From the NCBI RefSeq assembly GCF_052425735.1, contig NC_135761.1, forward strand, positions 14,756,001 through 14,820,000: DNA of 64,000 nucleotides, given 5' to 3'. The DNA is from Oculina patagonica. Taxonomy: Eukaryota. Within the stretch, counting starts at the first letter, position 1. Every line of letters starts with the position of its first letter. Made by a program: the position numbers and the translations under genes. Below, piece after piece: positions 51,001 to 63,894 of this stretch. The notes beneath the pieces are model-generated. The model made no database searches. It had not been told where the DNA came from and saw only the letters and a list, made by a program, of their open reading frames with translations.

Positions 51001-54000
51001 AAACATCGCATTCCAACGGCAAATGTCAGAGTGCTGCTTATTCAGTTAATTATTGTATAAATCCATCATTGAAAATAGAAAACAATTTACTCATTCACAC
51101 CAAACACGAAAATACTCACTTAAACGGCAAAAGTTGTTTTTTGCCTTTTACGGGGAGATTTACTTGGGTGGGTTAGTTGAGTTGCCTTGACGAAAGAGAA
51201 GGAAATATAAATAAAAAGCTAAAAAAGCTAATAATCAAATAATGTACTTGTATTCCTATAAAACATTTCCAGAATTCAGGAGAACTTCCACGAGATCATT
51301 TTAAAAACGAGCAAACCGAAGGAAGAAATCCTACCACTTGACCATAACTTTGAGTAAATCTTCTGAAATTTATTTTTATAGCTGCCTCTCGTGGTTTAAT
51401 TTGCTGTGTTTATGACTTCAGTATTTTGATTTCTATTTAACAAGATTCTCCAGTTTTCTCCCCTTCTGATGGCGGTTCATGGATGTTGGCTAAGTCGGTC
51501 GTCCAGGCAACGGATTACGCCCATAGTCAAATGATAGAACATCTGCTGAAGGTCAGAATAACAGCTTTATCCAAACGAAATGCTTTTAAGCTGTCTGTAT
51601 TCACAGACTGAATTCAGGTCAAGTCTTATAATTGTTTTAAATCAACTATATAAACATAAAACAATTTTAGATAACTGAAATTGTTGTTTCTAGTCTTATT
51701 ATTCAGGGGCACCCAACAAACCGTTTCGGTGAATATCGGTTCGGAAGACCTATAACCACCAACGATTTTCGGATTAAAGTGTCATGAAAATTGGACATTT
51801 TTTTAGCTCAAACTTTTGTGACATGGGCAAAGTAATACCTGTTGTTTTCAGAGAGAGAAAAATGTCGTTTTGGATAGGAAAAAAGGCCAGCTACGATTTT
51901 CGAGAAGGAAACAGCGGCTCGTAAATTCGGTTAATAAATTATTATTTCGTTCCCTAAAATTTTCTGAAGTTTGAAAAATCAGCTAGCGTATCTGAAATGA
52001 TATGTTTTTCTTAGCGTTGAAAGTTAAGGCTTTAAATTGCATAAAAAGGACACCTATAACATAAAGACGGTGTTCAGACACCTATAGTAAAGTTGTCTTG
52101 TTAGATGCCCCTGATTATTATTATGTATATTTCTGCAGATCCATCTCTTTTCGGAGCCGTTTTGTGTTGTCTTACACCGACAGCTCTCCTCCAACCACCC
52201 GCTGAATGTGCTTCTAAAGTACAGTTGCCGAGGGGTTTTGGCTGCAAACACGCTCGGCGCTCCTCAGTTGATCTCGCCAGGAACGTTCATGGACAAACTG
52301 TCTGCTTTTGGATATAAAGGAACCATCATGTTGGTGGGACGCGGCTATGAGGAAATGAGTTGGAAGGACGCAGATTTCCGCCTTGACATGAAGGTAGAGA
52401 AGGATAAACTTATAAGCGATAAGGAAAATATATATATATTTCTTCCTTGGATCTTAGCGCTTTGTTCCAATTAAAAGATGCGTTAGAAAAGTTTTAGATG
52501 AAAGATTCCTACCCACCTTGTAATCTTAATCTAAAAAGCTATGAAAAGCAAAGGTCTGGCTGAGCCGTGATGCCACTAAGAGCAGGCCCACCACAGGAGA
52601 AAACTTGCAAAGATCGCGCAATGTAGTTTTTGATGGACTTGCTTTAAAAGGAACCTGCCCTCTTACGACAACCTGACGTTGAATTGTTTGAAACAATGCT
52701 TAAATTCCAAATTTTACAGAACAATAGAGAAATGACATTTAATAATAACAAAAAATAGAAACGATTATGGCGCTGGAAATTTAAAAGTGACAATCCTTTT
52801 CACTTTTTGTTGCTATTAAATGCTGTTTCTCCCTTAATTAATGCCCTGTAAAATTCAACGTCGACTTGTCGTAAGAGTGGAGGTTCCTTTAAGGAAAGTA
52901 CAAATACTTCTAGATTTCAAATCTAGACGACCTGTCAATGACTTATGTTAAGTTTTGGTAAATAATCATGTTAACGCTACAGTTGCGACAAAAAATATAA
53001 CTTTTACCTATTTGTTAGTTCACAAGATGAAAATCAACGACATGTCTGAACTCACTTGAGGTGTTGAGAGGTTAAGTAACTGCAGTGCTCTTAAGAACGG
53101 TCGAGCTTTTCCTTTCTTCCTGTTAGTAACCTAAGTAACTGTAACAGTTATAAACAGATCGCTGTCTCTTCGTGCGCTCAAAACATCTTCTGCTCTAGAG
53201 GGACGGTTGGGGCTCAACCCTTCAATTCATATTTCATCAGTGTGGAATTCTATCGGGTCGAATGTCAGACGTTCCTCGAGCAGGGGATTGATTACGCATG
53301 CGAAGACCACCAAGGGGGTTCTATCTTATATACGCTATACGGATGGCTATACGGATATACACTATACTGGATAAAGTACGATTTTTCCCTTCCAGGTATG
53401 TGACGAGGTTCCAAATTTGGCCTTATAGTCTCAGATCGGGTCGCTGAATAGCGAAAAGTTACGTCCAATTTATATCTTTCTGCTTATCTAAATCAGGTCA
53501 TTTTAAAAAATGCAAAAATAAATAGCGGATGTTGTAATATTGAGGAAACATCTACAAATAAAAACATTTTCTTCACTTCTGGTCTCAGATTGGGCATACA
53601 ATTTAATTCTTTAGTCTGAAATGGGGAAGCAAATTCAGTTGAGCTTTGTTTGGTTTGAGACAAGGTTGGGGTCTCTAGACACCATCGAAGCTCCCCCGTC
53701 CAAACTTAAGACAGACATCTGTTTGTTGAGACCAACATCTTAACTTATCTGTCAACATAATTATAATTTATCCCCTGATTATTAGAAACGAGGAGTAGAT
53801 GACAAAAAGCTTCTTCCCTATTTTCCGTTCCGTGACGACAGTGAATTGCTCTTTAGGGCAATCAAGAAAATGGCTAAAGAGTACGTCGGAATGTGAGTAC
53901 TACCTTGACTTGTTCCTGCGTCTTGTTTTCTCCTCCCTTACTGCTCTGTACTGTTTTTATAGCCTGCATAGCTGGCGGTATTGTTGGGTTTTAAAGGCGG

Positions 54001-56496
54001 TATTGTTGGATTTTAAAGACTGTCAATATATTTATAACCCTTGGGATCATACCACAGTGACCGTACAACGGAGGGGGAGGTGGCACCCACCTTTATCTTG
54101 GATTTCAACTTTTCCGGAATTCCAAAAATCTCGTTAGAACGGAGAATTACACCAAGACTTTTATGCTTTAGGTGACTGAGTAAACCCGTACACCAAAACA
54201 TGGTTGCCCTGTAGCAAGATCAAACAACTAGAACGTGTCACATCAATATGTCCCCTTGGGTGATTAAATAAATGATTAAATACTGAAAGTTTAATATTTT
54301 GTATTACATATTTTGTAAGTAAAGTTATTAGAGCAGAAAAAGTCCTAAACTCGAACAGTTCACGTCCTTGCACAAAAGCCTTATACTAAGTTTTATATTG
54401 TCTATCATGGATTTGTTAAGTTGCGGATTATCAAGTCCTGAAGTCATTCACCACCCATAAGCATCCCAAAAAAAGCCATTTTAGGGAAATCAATCTTTAT
54501 TCGCTTCCATTTCTCATCAAATTCAGTGCCTGTTTACTAAAGAATGCTGTGTATGCAGGGACGTCTTGAACAGATCTTTAAAAAGACCCGAGTTTCAATT
54601 ACACAAAGTAATAGCTTGGTACTATATATGTAGGTTAAAAAACACATTTGATATATTTTGCCTCTTTTCTATTTTAGATACTATCGCCGCAATCGTGATG
54701 TTAAGAAGGACAAAGAGTTACAAGCTTTTGTGAATGAGTTATCTGCCAAAGGAACTGGACCAGATGGTGGGAATGGCCAGGTAAACCAATGAGGGTTCAT
54801 CAGCGAGTGTTTTCGAGTTTCTCTCGTAAAACATCTAGAACAAGAAACACCATAAGAATCTTAAAAAAATCTTACGAACCTTACATTTCTTGATATAAAC
54901 CTCTTCTGCAAACCACTCTCAACGTCATCCAATCAAAACATACGTATGGTAGTGAAGTATGGTAGTGTGCTTATTGTTCAGCTATTATTTGCAATTAGTT
55001 TCTCTACTCCCCCATCTACATTACAAAAAGTAAAAGTTCTCTCTAAACATAATTAATACGATTTTCCAATCTACAACTCAAAGATTTGGATCTCATTAAG
55101 CGGCATTCCAGTGTGTATGATACGTTTCACTTAATTAATAGGATAGCATCGCTCAGCTATCGGGGTCTGCTTCAACACTCCGTGATGACTAAAGGACACT
55201 TAGACACAGTGGACAAGGCAGTGAAATTTATACCTACACTTTCTTAGCCACAAAACGTTCTAAGTTATAGCCGGTCTTTTAATCCCATATTGTTGCCTTC
55301 CTTTGGTTTGATGACCTTGTGTTCATTCTACACTTCCTTCTCTAGGTGAAAGACTTCCCTGCCGTGATGAAGACAAAGAAGGAAGTCGTTGACATGGTAA
55401 CTCATTTACTGTGGTTAATGAGTGTAAAGCACGCCGCAGTGGACTATCCTATGGGTGAATATGGAGCCTTCACACCCCTTTCTCCGACCAAGGTTTACAA
55501 CGATAGTCGTGTGCCACCAGAAACTTTTGCCGTGTTTAATTTAGCACACGTAAACATCTCTGTGGTAAGTCATGGTTTGTCAAAAGGCCTTTGCCGTTTT
55601 ATCTTATATCTTCGTTATATCTTTAAAGGATAAAATCTAAGATAATGGATCTACTGTAAGTTCATTGGCTGACACTCAGTAAATGCACATTTAGTTAAAT
55701 TTCCCGCGGCGGAGGAATGGTACCCAACGAAGTTTATACGAGGAGGCTCCGCCCAGAGCTCCAATCCTTAACCCTTTTATATACCATACCAAAAGGGGAA
55801 ACCTTCATATACCTTCCGTGCAAAATAGTACACCATTTTTGCTTAGTAAAAATATTATATTCCCTTTCTAAATTTCTTACTTGAGTAACTTTTTAAAAGA
55901 CCAAGATAAATCAGCCGTAAGGCACGTGTCAAGGGGCCTGTACCAAAAGGAAACTTTCTCCTGGCCTTTCCTATACTTTAACGCATGAAACTCTTACCCT
56001 TATATGCCTTTGGTCTAAAACATGTACCGCTTTTGGGTGGAACTTCACCTTTTAGTCCATTACAGGGAGTTTATCGCTCGGGGTAGGATGAAGGGGGAAG
56101 GCTATTAAGTTGCGATTAGACCCATATACATGCCATGCATGCATGTTGTGTGTAATTATAAACTGCAAAGTCATGATCTTGTAAAGAACTAAGTCATGTT
56201 TATTCTTATAGAATAAGCAAGAAGGTCAGTCCTCTAAACCTCTGGGTTTTTTCCCGGCACAGGCACAGATGCAAGTTGCGATGAACGTCGGGACATACCA
56301 TTACGACACATTGTTTGACCAATACGATGAACTGACGGATTCTCGCGCATCTGAAGTCGTCAAGAAGTACTACAACTATCTCAAAGACACCATTGACCCA
56401 ATGTTGAAGAAGAGGAATAACCGGAGGTTCCATGAAGGGCACCTGACTTATCCCTACCTGGAGCATTACTGGCTTCCGAACGGCATCCAAACTTAA
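48083..56496 (+). CDS. Lipoxygenase, predicted secreted, PLAT-less, R-type, about 626 aa; exons 48083-48147, 48402-48436, 49187-49515, 49819-49960, 50191-50291, 50735-50918, 51445-51551, 52139-52393, 53786-53892, 54678-54780, 55346-55564, 56263-56496
   Basis: LOX motifs: WRDDNIF..RLCGINP, SPIALF..LRPVAIQ, WMLAKSVV, HSQMIEHLLK|IHL (Fe His pair), RQLSSNHP, KRGV..PYFPFRDD, DKELQAF, KHAAVD, YPYL..PNGIQT*. All introns are GT/AG and phase-consistent; 1881 nt. Confidence 0.95.
52642..52893. mobile_element. MITE in LOX intron 8
   Basis: aaaggaacctgccctcttacgacaacctgacgttgaatt is inverted to aattcaacgtcgacttgtcgtaagagtggaggttccttt. Confidence 0.7.
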
Positions 56497-57570
56497 ATGG
56501 ATAAAGTACACGGAATAAGGACCGACCAAAAAGTAACATAATGGGCTTGTGAAGGAAAATATAACTTTAATGCTGGTAGGGGTACCTTCGTAAGGGAGTG
56601 TTATTTGGCTTTAAAGGTGTAACTAATATGAAGACAATAAAGGTGCAAACATGTCTTGTGTGTGTATTTGCTCGGTGTGGAAATGGAACAATTCTGAGGA
56701 CATTCGACCTTGACAGCCTTTTTTTGCCTTCCTAAAGATCAGTGAAATAAGGACATCTCTGTTCTTAGTAGATTGTAGAAAAATTCTTATGTCTCTCTTG
56801 CAAATTTAAAAACAAACCATTTAAGCCGATTTGTAAAACATACTCTGGACAAAACGTTTTGGTTCTGAGGCGTGTTCGTCCGGTGAGGCAAAACCAAACA
56901 TATCGCTCTCCTTTTATTTTGGCGACTGGTACAGATCTACTCGTTGGGTTTGTTACATTTTACAATGAGACCTTTGTCATTTTACAATAAATCACTAAAA
57001 TTTTCTTTTTAAGTTTAGGCTTCGAGGATTAGTATAGGTAATGACTTGATTTCGAATGCAATTTGAAATAATTAAGCACGAGTAAATTTTTCAAAGGCTG
57101 ACAAAATTTTTGTCTTTGAAAACTTTACAATTGCTTATTTATTTCGAATTGCACGATAAAAACCATGTGATTGCTTATAAATAATATACATAAAAAAGGG
57201 ACAGAAAGAAAAAGAAAACCAGTTGAATTTTGACATCGAGTGCCTTTTCGGATGTTGGAGTTTTTTTGAAGTACAGCAAACACATGTCAACTTCAAACTT
57301 TCGCCCTTTTGGTGGATTCTACTGTGGTATATATATATATATAAGTTAAGCTTTTGTTTCATTTGCATTAATCATAGTAAAATCAATAACAAAAGAGATA
57401 TACATACAAATTTGCGCACATAAAAAATATACATTGCTTTTATATCATTTTTTTAATTAAAAGGGGAACTTTGTAATGTACTTATTAGTTAATATATAAG
57501 TAGAAGAGCATCGTCGGTTAAAAAAAAATATTAAATTATTAAGACACGAGAAATCGAAATATAGTAACGT

Positions 57571-58400
57571 TCAAAGTTCAGTTGTCATTTGAAAGGTAAC
57601 TGGTCGATGAGCTGAAGGGTCGGCTTCCCTGGCATTTTCCCTGTCCTCCTCGAAACTCTGAATCTTGACTACGGCCCGAATTCTTATAATTGGGGGAGCC
57701 GTCTTCAGCATTTTATAATGAAGTACTGGATTTGCTACATATGTAAACCCTGTAACAGTTGCCGTTATTAGCTTGAGCGATCGCGTATGTTCAGAACTGG
57801 CACCAAAAAATCGAGCAGCTAGGTGAGAAATCATTACCGGAAACCAGCAAGAATGAAGATGGCGCAGGTCTTGTAAGTAAGTTTGGTGATTTGCGACTCG
57901 TATCTCTGATGCAGTGATCGAGAATGAGGCAAAGAGGAGAGCGAATCTTTTCACGATACGCACGAATTTATTACGATAATGAGAACTGCAGCGACGTTAA
58001 AAACTGTGCCAAAGATTGTGATGTAAGTGCTATACAGAACACTCGAGAGTGACATCAAATTAAGTGATGGATGGGAAAGAGAGCTTATAAGAAGAAGAGT
58101 GATATATAGCTACGCACCAAAGAAGACTTCTTTACATTAGCAGCGTGTACGTCGCCGGAGGGGAGAAAAATACAGTCTTTCGACCACAGCCAAAATATGC
58201 GTTGATGCACTGAGAAGAATGATCCTCGATGAATTCCGAGCGCTCAGTCCACTGAATCTTCTTCTAATATCCTCATGTAGAAATCACACTAAAGTACAAA
58301 CACCGACCGAATGATTGGACTCCAGGTCGCTCGTCTACAGTACAGGCAAGGCCGTAAGTACCAGCAGCAACTCGTCAGGAAGAGGTGACTATAACTTGCG
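57571..58400 (-). pseudogene. Decayed intronless class A (rhodopsin-like) GPCR
   Basis: Minus-strand fragments in the correct order but shifting frames: TM3 IILLSASTHILAVVERLYFFSP (E/DRY-like), TM5 LYSTYITIFGTVFNVAAVLIIVIN, TM6 ESQITKLTYKTCAIFIL/CWFPVMISH (CWxP), TM7 VTGFTYVANPVLHY (NPxxY-like). Confidence 0.65.
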
Positions 58401-60460
58401 GAATCGTTAGAGAGCCATTTATTATTCATCGTAGGTTGTGACAACTTCATAACTGCTTTTTACCTACTATGCTGACACTGTTTGTATTTGATTCGCACCT
58501 CACTTCTTTGCACTTTCTTTCTGTTCGGTCAATTGACCAGATGATTTCTCAATTCGTCTCTTTTAAATTAAACTTCTGTTGGATGAATCTCGCTAAAACT
58601 GTGCACAGTGTTCCAAGTTATAAATTATATTCCTTAAGAGCTTATACAGAGATTCGCCTGGACACACTTGACTCAATTTAAATTACAACAAAGATGAAAC
58701 ATAGCCTGTCTTAGTTTATAGAATCTCGTTCTTCTAGAAAATGATTTTCTTTTTTTAGCCAAAAATTAATTCTGAAAATAAGACCGAAAGCTATTACAAT
58801 TCTTAATGGATTATTCGACATAATAAAGAGCATATGCATCAAGCTGTACTTTTCGCAGCAACTTATTTAGTGTTAAATGGACACGAAAAATGTGCGTTCT
58901 ACGAGTCAGTTGATATCAACATTTTCCTGTATAAACATTAATATAACATTCACAAGGATGATTTTCACGGGTGTTCTACATACAGTTACCATAGTTAAAT
59001 TTCACTCTCATCACATTGATGGTATTGAATAATATTTCAGTGCATTTAAAATTTTTCTGAAATGTAATACATTATTAATTAAAAAACCTCTTCAAAAAAT
59101 TTGTTATAAATGTTATCTCAAGTATATTCAGGACAATGCTCAAACTTCCTTTCAAGTATTTTTTTTGTGTGTCTTGTTTGATTTGGTCCAATCGGTTCCT
59201 GTAAAATTTAGCCACACTAGCTAACGCTATAGCCTTTCTTAAGTCAGATATTTTCGTCTTTAATTTATAGAAATTCATTCGCGCGAGCATTTTCTCCGTA
59301 CAATTACGTGCGTAAAATGCAGACATTATTTCCGTTCCGTCAATTCAAGTAATTTAAGAGAAAATGCATGGTCCTTCATTACTGTCAGGTTGCGCTTTTG
59401 TAATTTAAGTTTAAGTGTAGAAATCCAGCCACTCCGCAAAAAGTGTTTAAGTGGTACGAAATGAAGATTCGTTTTACGTCTCCATTTGCGTTTTCCTATG
59501 TATGCAATATTTGTTGTAAGATATCCATATCTCCTTTCATAAAGAACTGACAACCCGTTTTTCTGCATTCACTCTTCTGAACTTTCATTTGCAAATAAAG
59601 GCTAAAGAACCGTTCGGTGCATTTCAAATCTTAAAATAAACAGTTATTATTAATTAAAAGTAAAATTTAGGAATCACACTATTAATATATGACTATAAAT
59701 ACAATCCATATAGCCAATCAAGTGTATAAAGTTGACTTTTATAATAGTTGCCGAAACCATAAAAAGATATTTTAAAAAAATCATCCGCCAGTTCCAGAAT
59801 AAGGATTTCGGTTTTAAGTAAGCGTTTGGTAAAATATTTTTTATAATTTTGCTTAACACGCGCACGTTAAGTTATTTTCGCTTTTTATAGTGAAACCCCG
59901 AATAACAAGGGTCGTTTCGAATTTACGGTCCGTATAATTTTTTCCGGAATAAATACGTTAATCGGATTGTTTCGAAATTAGTCCATATAAATTCTCAACA
60001 AAGTTCCACTATCCCTTCCCTGATTAAGAGCCAAGTAGACGGTGAGGGAAGGATCACATTTTTTTTCGTTTAAAGAAGATGAAAGGTGAAATAGCGCAAA
60101 TGTTTATTAACGCCTTTTTTCACAAAGTGGACCAGAAGTTAAAACCACTCGTTAGTAGATTATTTCATATCTGAACGACAATCTACTATCAATTGTTATA
60201 ACCTGTCTTTAAAAGTGAAGTAACTAAGTATTAAATTTCTCAAGTACAGAACGTAACAAAACACTTATTATTCTTGTTTTAATGGAACCCTGTTAACGTG
60301 TAATAAATATTCAACTAATGAGTTCACGACTGACAACAGATGGCATGTTAAGCCTTCTAGGATGTGGCCAAGAGATATACAGTACATTTAAATATTTTCT
60401 TATGTTTTCCCTTGGAGGAGGACTGATTTATTCCCAAGTACCACACCTATATAAAGCCTA

Positions 60461-61082
60461 GTTTACACGAGCAATTTTGTGTGACAATGTTTATGTGAAA
60501 TTTTTTTTGTATTAAAATGTAAAATAGCGTTCTCTGGTTTAAAAAGTTAAGAAAAAATATGAGCTTTCGGCTATTTTACTATAGCCTTTGACGAATGCAA
60601 AAAAGATAAAGCGCGTGGTGGAAATTATATTTCCACCACGCGCTTTATCTTTTTTACATTCGTCAAAGGCTATAGTAAAATAGCCGAAAGCTCATATTTT
60701 TTCTTAACTTTTTAAACCAGAGAACGCTATTTTACACTTTTAATATGTCTCATCCTGGTTGCAGTTCAATTTTTAATTTTTATTTGCTCGTGTAGATGAC
60801 AAACATTGGCCATTTTTTTTTTATCACAAATATATTTGTTCACAAGCTAGCGTGTTAGCTTTTATGTGACAATTAAAATGTGTCACATACGAAATTTGCT
60901 CGTGTAGACGACTCGTCACATAAAATGTGGCATATATTGCGTCAGCATATGTGGTTCCCAATCTCCAAATGAGCAATGCGTGCGCGTATCTCTGTGCGTA
61001 TTTCTGCTGTCCAAGGACTTAACTGGCGCACTAAACTTTGACGATCAAATGTATTTGTCACATAAAAATTGCCCGTGTAAAC
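60461..61082. mobile_element. TIR element with a nested near-perfect palindrome (60510-60745)
   Basis: gtttacacgagcaattttgtgtgacaa ... ttgtcacataaaaattgcccgtgtaaac, with internal atttgctcgtgtaga repeats. Confidence 0.7.
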
Positions 61083-62091
61083 CCATAAGATGTAAAATAA
61101 AAGACGTAATCATAAGACGTAAAATTAAAAAAACGAGAGCTTTGACTTAATCAATCACTCGGAGCGAGATGGCCTTTGCACTTGGACAATGATTAGTTTT
61201 GAACCGCGAATCAAATGAGATATAAATTTTGATGGCCGTGCACGACTATGATACCATTTGTTTTTTTCTCTACCTCAGTTGGTTGAGGTTTTTATTTCTT
61301 TTATTACAATTTTTAACAATAGTATAAATGATATATGTACAAGGCAAAAAAATACAAAGATATGATACACAACCTAACGTTATCGACTTGCTTTCATCAT
61401 CAGGATGAGAAAGTCGTCGATGATTTTCCAAGGTTATTTTCAAAGGGAACAAGTGCGCAACATAGCAATTCTTGTGCAGTTTTTCCTTAGTTGTTCAAAG
61501 TTCCGATTTTTCCCCCTTCCTTCCTCCTTTTTCAATATTACTGGAATCATTATTTCCGACAGAATTTTGCCACAGTGTTTTTTTTTTATTATTATTTTCT
61601 TTTGACTAGTGACCTCCCGCTAACTTATTTAGGCCTAATCCGTCGCCACTGGCAAGTCACCGTTTTCCTTCAAAAGACGTTATGTGTACTTCATAATGGA
61701 ACATTTCGTGGTCAAATCCGCCATTTTGAAACTGGCGCAAACATGTCACAGTTTTCGATGTCAAATAACTTTCATAAATTTGAATTTCTGCTACATTTAG
61801 GAATCATAAACTTAAGATATTAGATAAGTGATTTGAATGATAAAGTTTGAGGGATGTGACCTGGGTGTGAAACCTGTAATCGCGGTTTTAGTTTTCCAAA
61901 CATTTGTCTAAAAAATTTCCCCGTAGACAACAGCGCCGTTTTGCAAATGGTTTTCCTTAACGTTTGCCTTGCATCATCTTACTAGTGGCAGGTGCTCTGT
62001 TACAATGTCTTGGTTGTGGGAGGATCCTGGCTGACATCAAATCAAGGAAGGTGTTTCAAATCTGATTGTTGCTACTTACGAAAGCTAGCAA

Positions 62092-62959
62092 ATGTAAGTA
62101 AATTTGGAAAGAAAACCTTATTTGTTAGGTAATTTTGCGATTAAGCTCTTATAATCCAAGTCGAGGTTAACTGGCCACTTTGTAAAGATTAGAGTTAGCG
62201 TGTCATCTGTGTAGGAGCCGTGGCGTGTTTAAACAGTTTTCTCATTGGTTGTTATGAAGTAACTTGCGGTCGTGGTGTTTATTCTATAGAAACGGTTATA
62301 TATTTTGGTTAAGTATGTAGCTTCAAGTTATACGATTTTCTTTTTCATTTCCAGGACTCTAGAGGTCACTGTATGGCTTATTCGCTGTTGCTTTTTTGTT
62401 TGGTCGGTTGTGTGTTCTGGAGGTAAGAGTTTTTATTCATTCTTCCATTCGGCAATTATTAATCATTGCTGCTATATAACTTTATTTTTTTATTCCCCTT
62501 TCACAGCAAATGCAGGCTCGTTACGAATCCCTATCGGAGGGCAGCTCGTTTACGACTCGTCGTCAAAAACGGCGGACCTTTGCCTCTCACCGCACATGTG
62601 TCCACCGTGTGTTCTTGACGCTCTTTGCCAACAGCAAAACATGCCACCCGTGACTGCCACTGCCGCAACAACTGAAGCTTCGTCAACAGGCTCTTCGCCA
62701 ACTCCTACGGCATCGACATCTTCAAGTACGGAGTTAACGTCTACAGAATCAGCTTCGACCACTGACACCAGTACACCAACTGAAGAACCGGCGAGTAGCA
62801 CAGCAACACCGACAGCACCAAGTAGTACCACTGACTACACACATCCATCTGCTTCTCCGACGACATCTGCCACTGAAGCTACAGGATCAAGTGCGAGTCC
62901 TACAGCTACAGTTACGACGGCTACCACAACGGTTGGAGGTGGAGTGGAAATTGAAGGAG
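62092..62959 (+). CDS. 5' part of a secreted Thr/Ser-rich protein, probably another array member; exons 62092-62093, 62355-62422, 62507-62959, continuing beyond the window
   Basis: Hydrophobic exon ..FVWSVVCSG|ANAG, then LRIPIGGQLVYDSSSKTADLCL, a Cys cluster and a long T/S/A/P linker ending in a phase-1 donor gag|gtgaga, as in the CAP genes. No CAP exon is seen inside the window. Confidence 0.65.
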
Positions 62960-63894
62960 GTGAGATGACTGTGTGTGCAATTCTGTTTTATATGGACCTT
63001 ATATTAATCATCGAATAATCATTAATCAAAATGGTCGTTCTCATTGTCCTGTCGCCGTGTGTTACGTGCATGCACGTGGGCGTGTCCGGTGACGCAATTA
63101 GAATTAGTTAACCAACAACTTCGCGTGCACGTGACATTCTGTTTTGTAACAACTACTTTCGGGGAGTTCGCAAAGGAAGTTACGAATGTTCAGATAATTT
63201 CGAAGCGAAACGTAATAATCCTGGCTGGAAACATAGAGCGGGCGTATGCCTTAGAGATGTACGTTAGCTAAGAAACTTTGATGCGAGAAACCACGAATAA
63301 GTCCTGAAATTCACATGTCCTTTGCGCTCATTAACGCAGAAAGAAGCGACCACCGACTACTAGTTTCATATTTTTGCATCGAGAGTCTCGTTGCTGTCAT
63401 GTCGTTGTTTTTTTTTGTCCGTTCCATTTTAAACTATTCAAATTCAAGACAGTATAAATGTCCGTCAAGTTTTATAATACTGACAATTTTACTTTTAGTT
63501 TTAATTTACCTTAATAATTCGATGTCGCGCCCTCCTACCAGTAAACCCCTCCTTTCTAAAAACCGCTCCTCCTTGATTGTCGTTTTTCAATAAGCGCCCC
63601 TATTCCAATAAGTTCCTTCATTGCGAAAGTCATTAAAGGCATTGACATAGAATATACTAATTAGACTAGTGAAATATGCGAACTGCTTTCTCATCTATAC
63701 GTACTATCCAGTATATTGAACAAGCGAATGGTGTGATGACTGTGTGAGCCCCTCTTGTTACAGTCGTTGAGTTGCAGTATCTGTCGTTGTACCGATGTTC
63801 ATGTCAATAAAAGAAATAAGCGCGCCGCCCTTAGAAAACCTCCCCCCCCCCCCCCCCAGTGCGTGGGTAAATAAATGGCATTTACCTTTTTTAC

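Noticed and set aside
58600-59900. Minus-strand K/R-rich ORFs as a retroelement or gene
   Set aside because: No recognisable RT, transposase or other motif; possibly an old element, but I cannot support a call.
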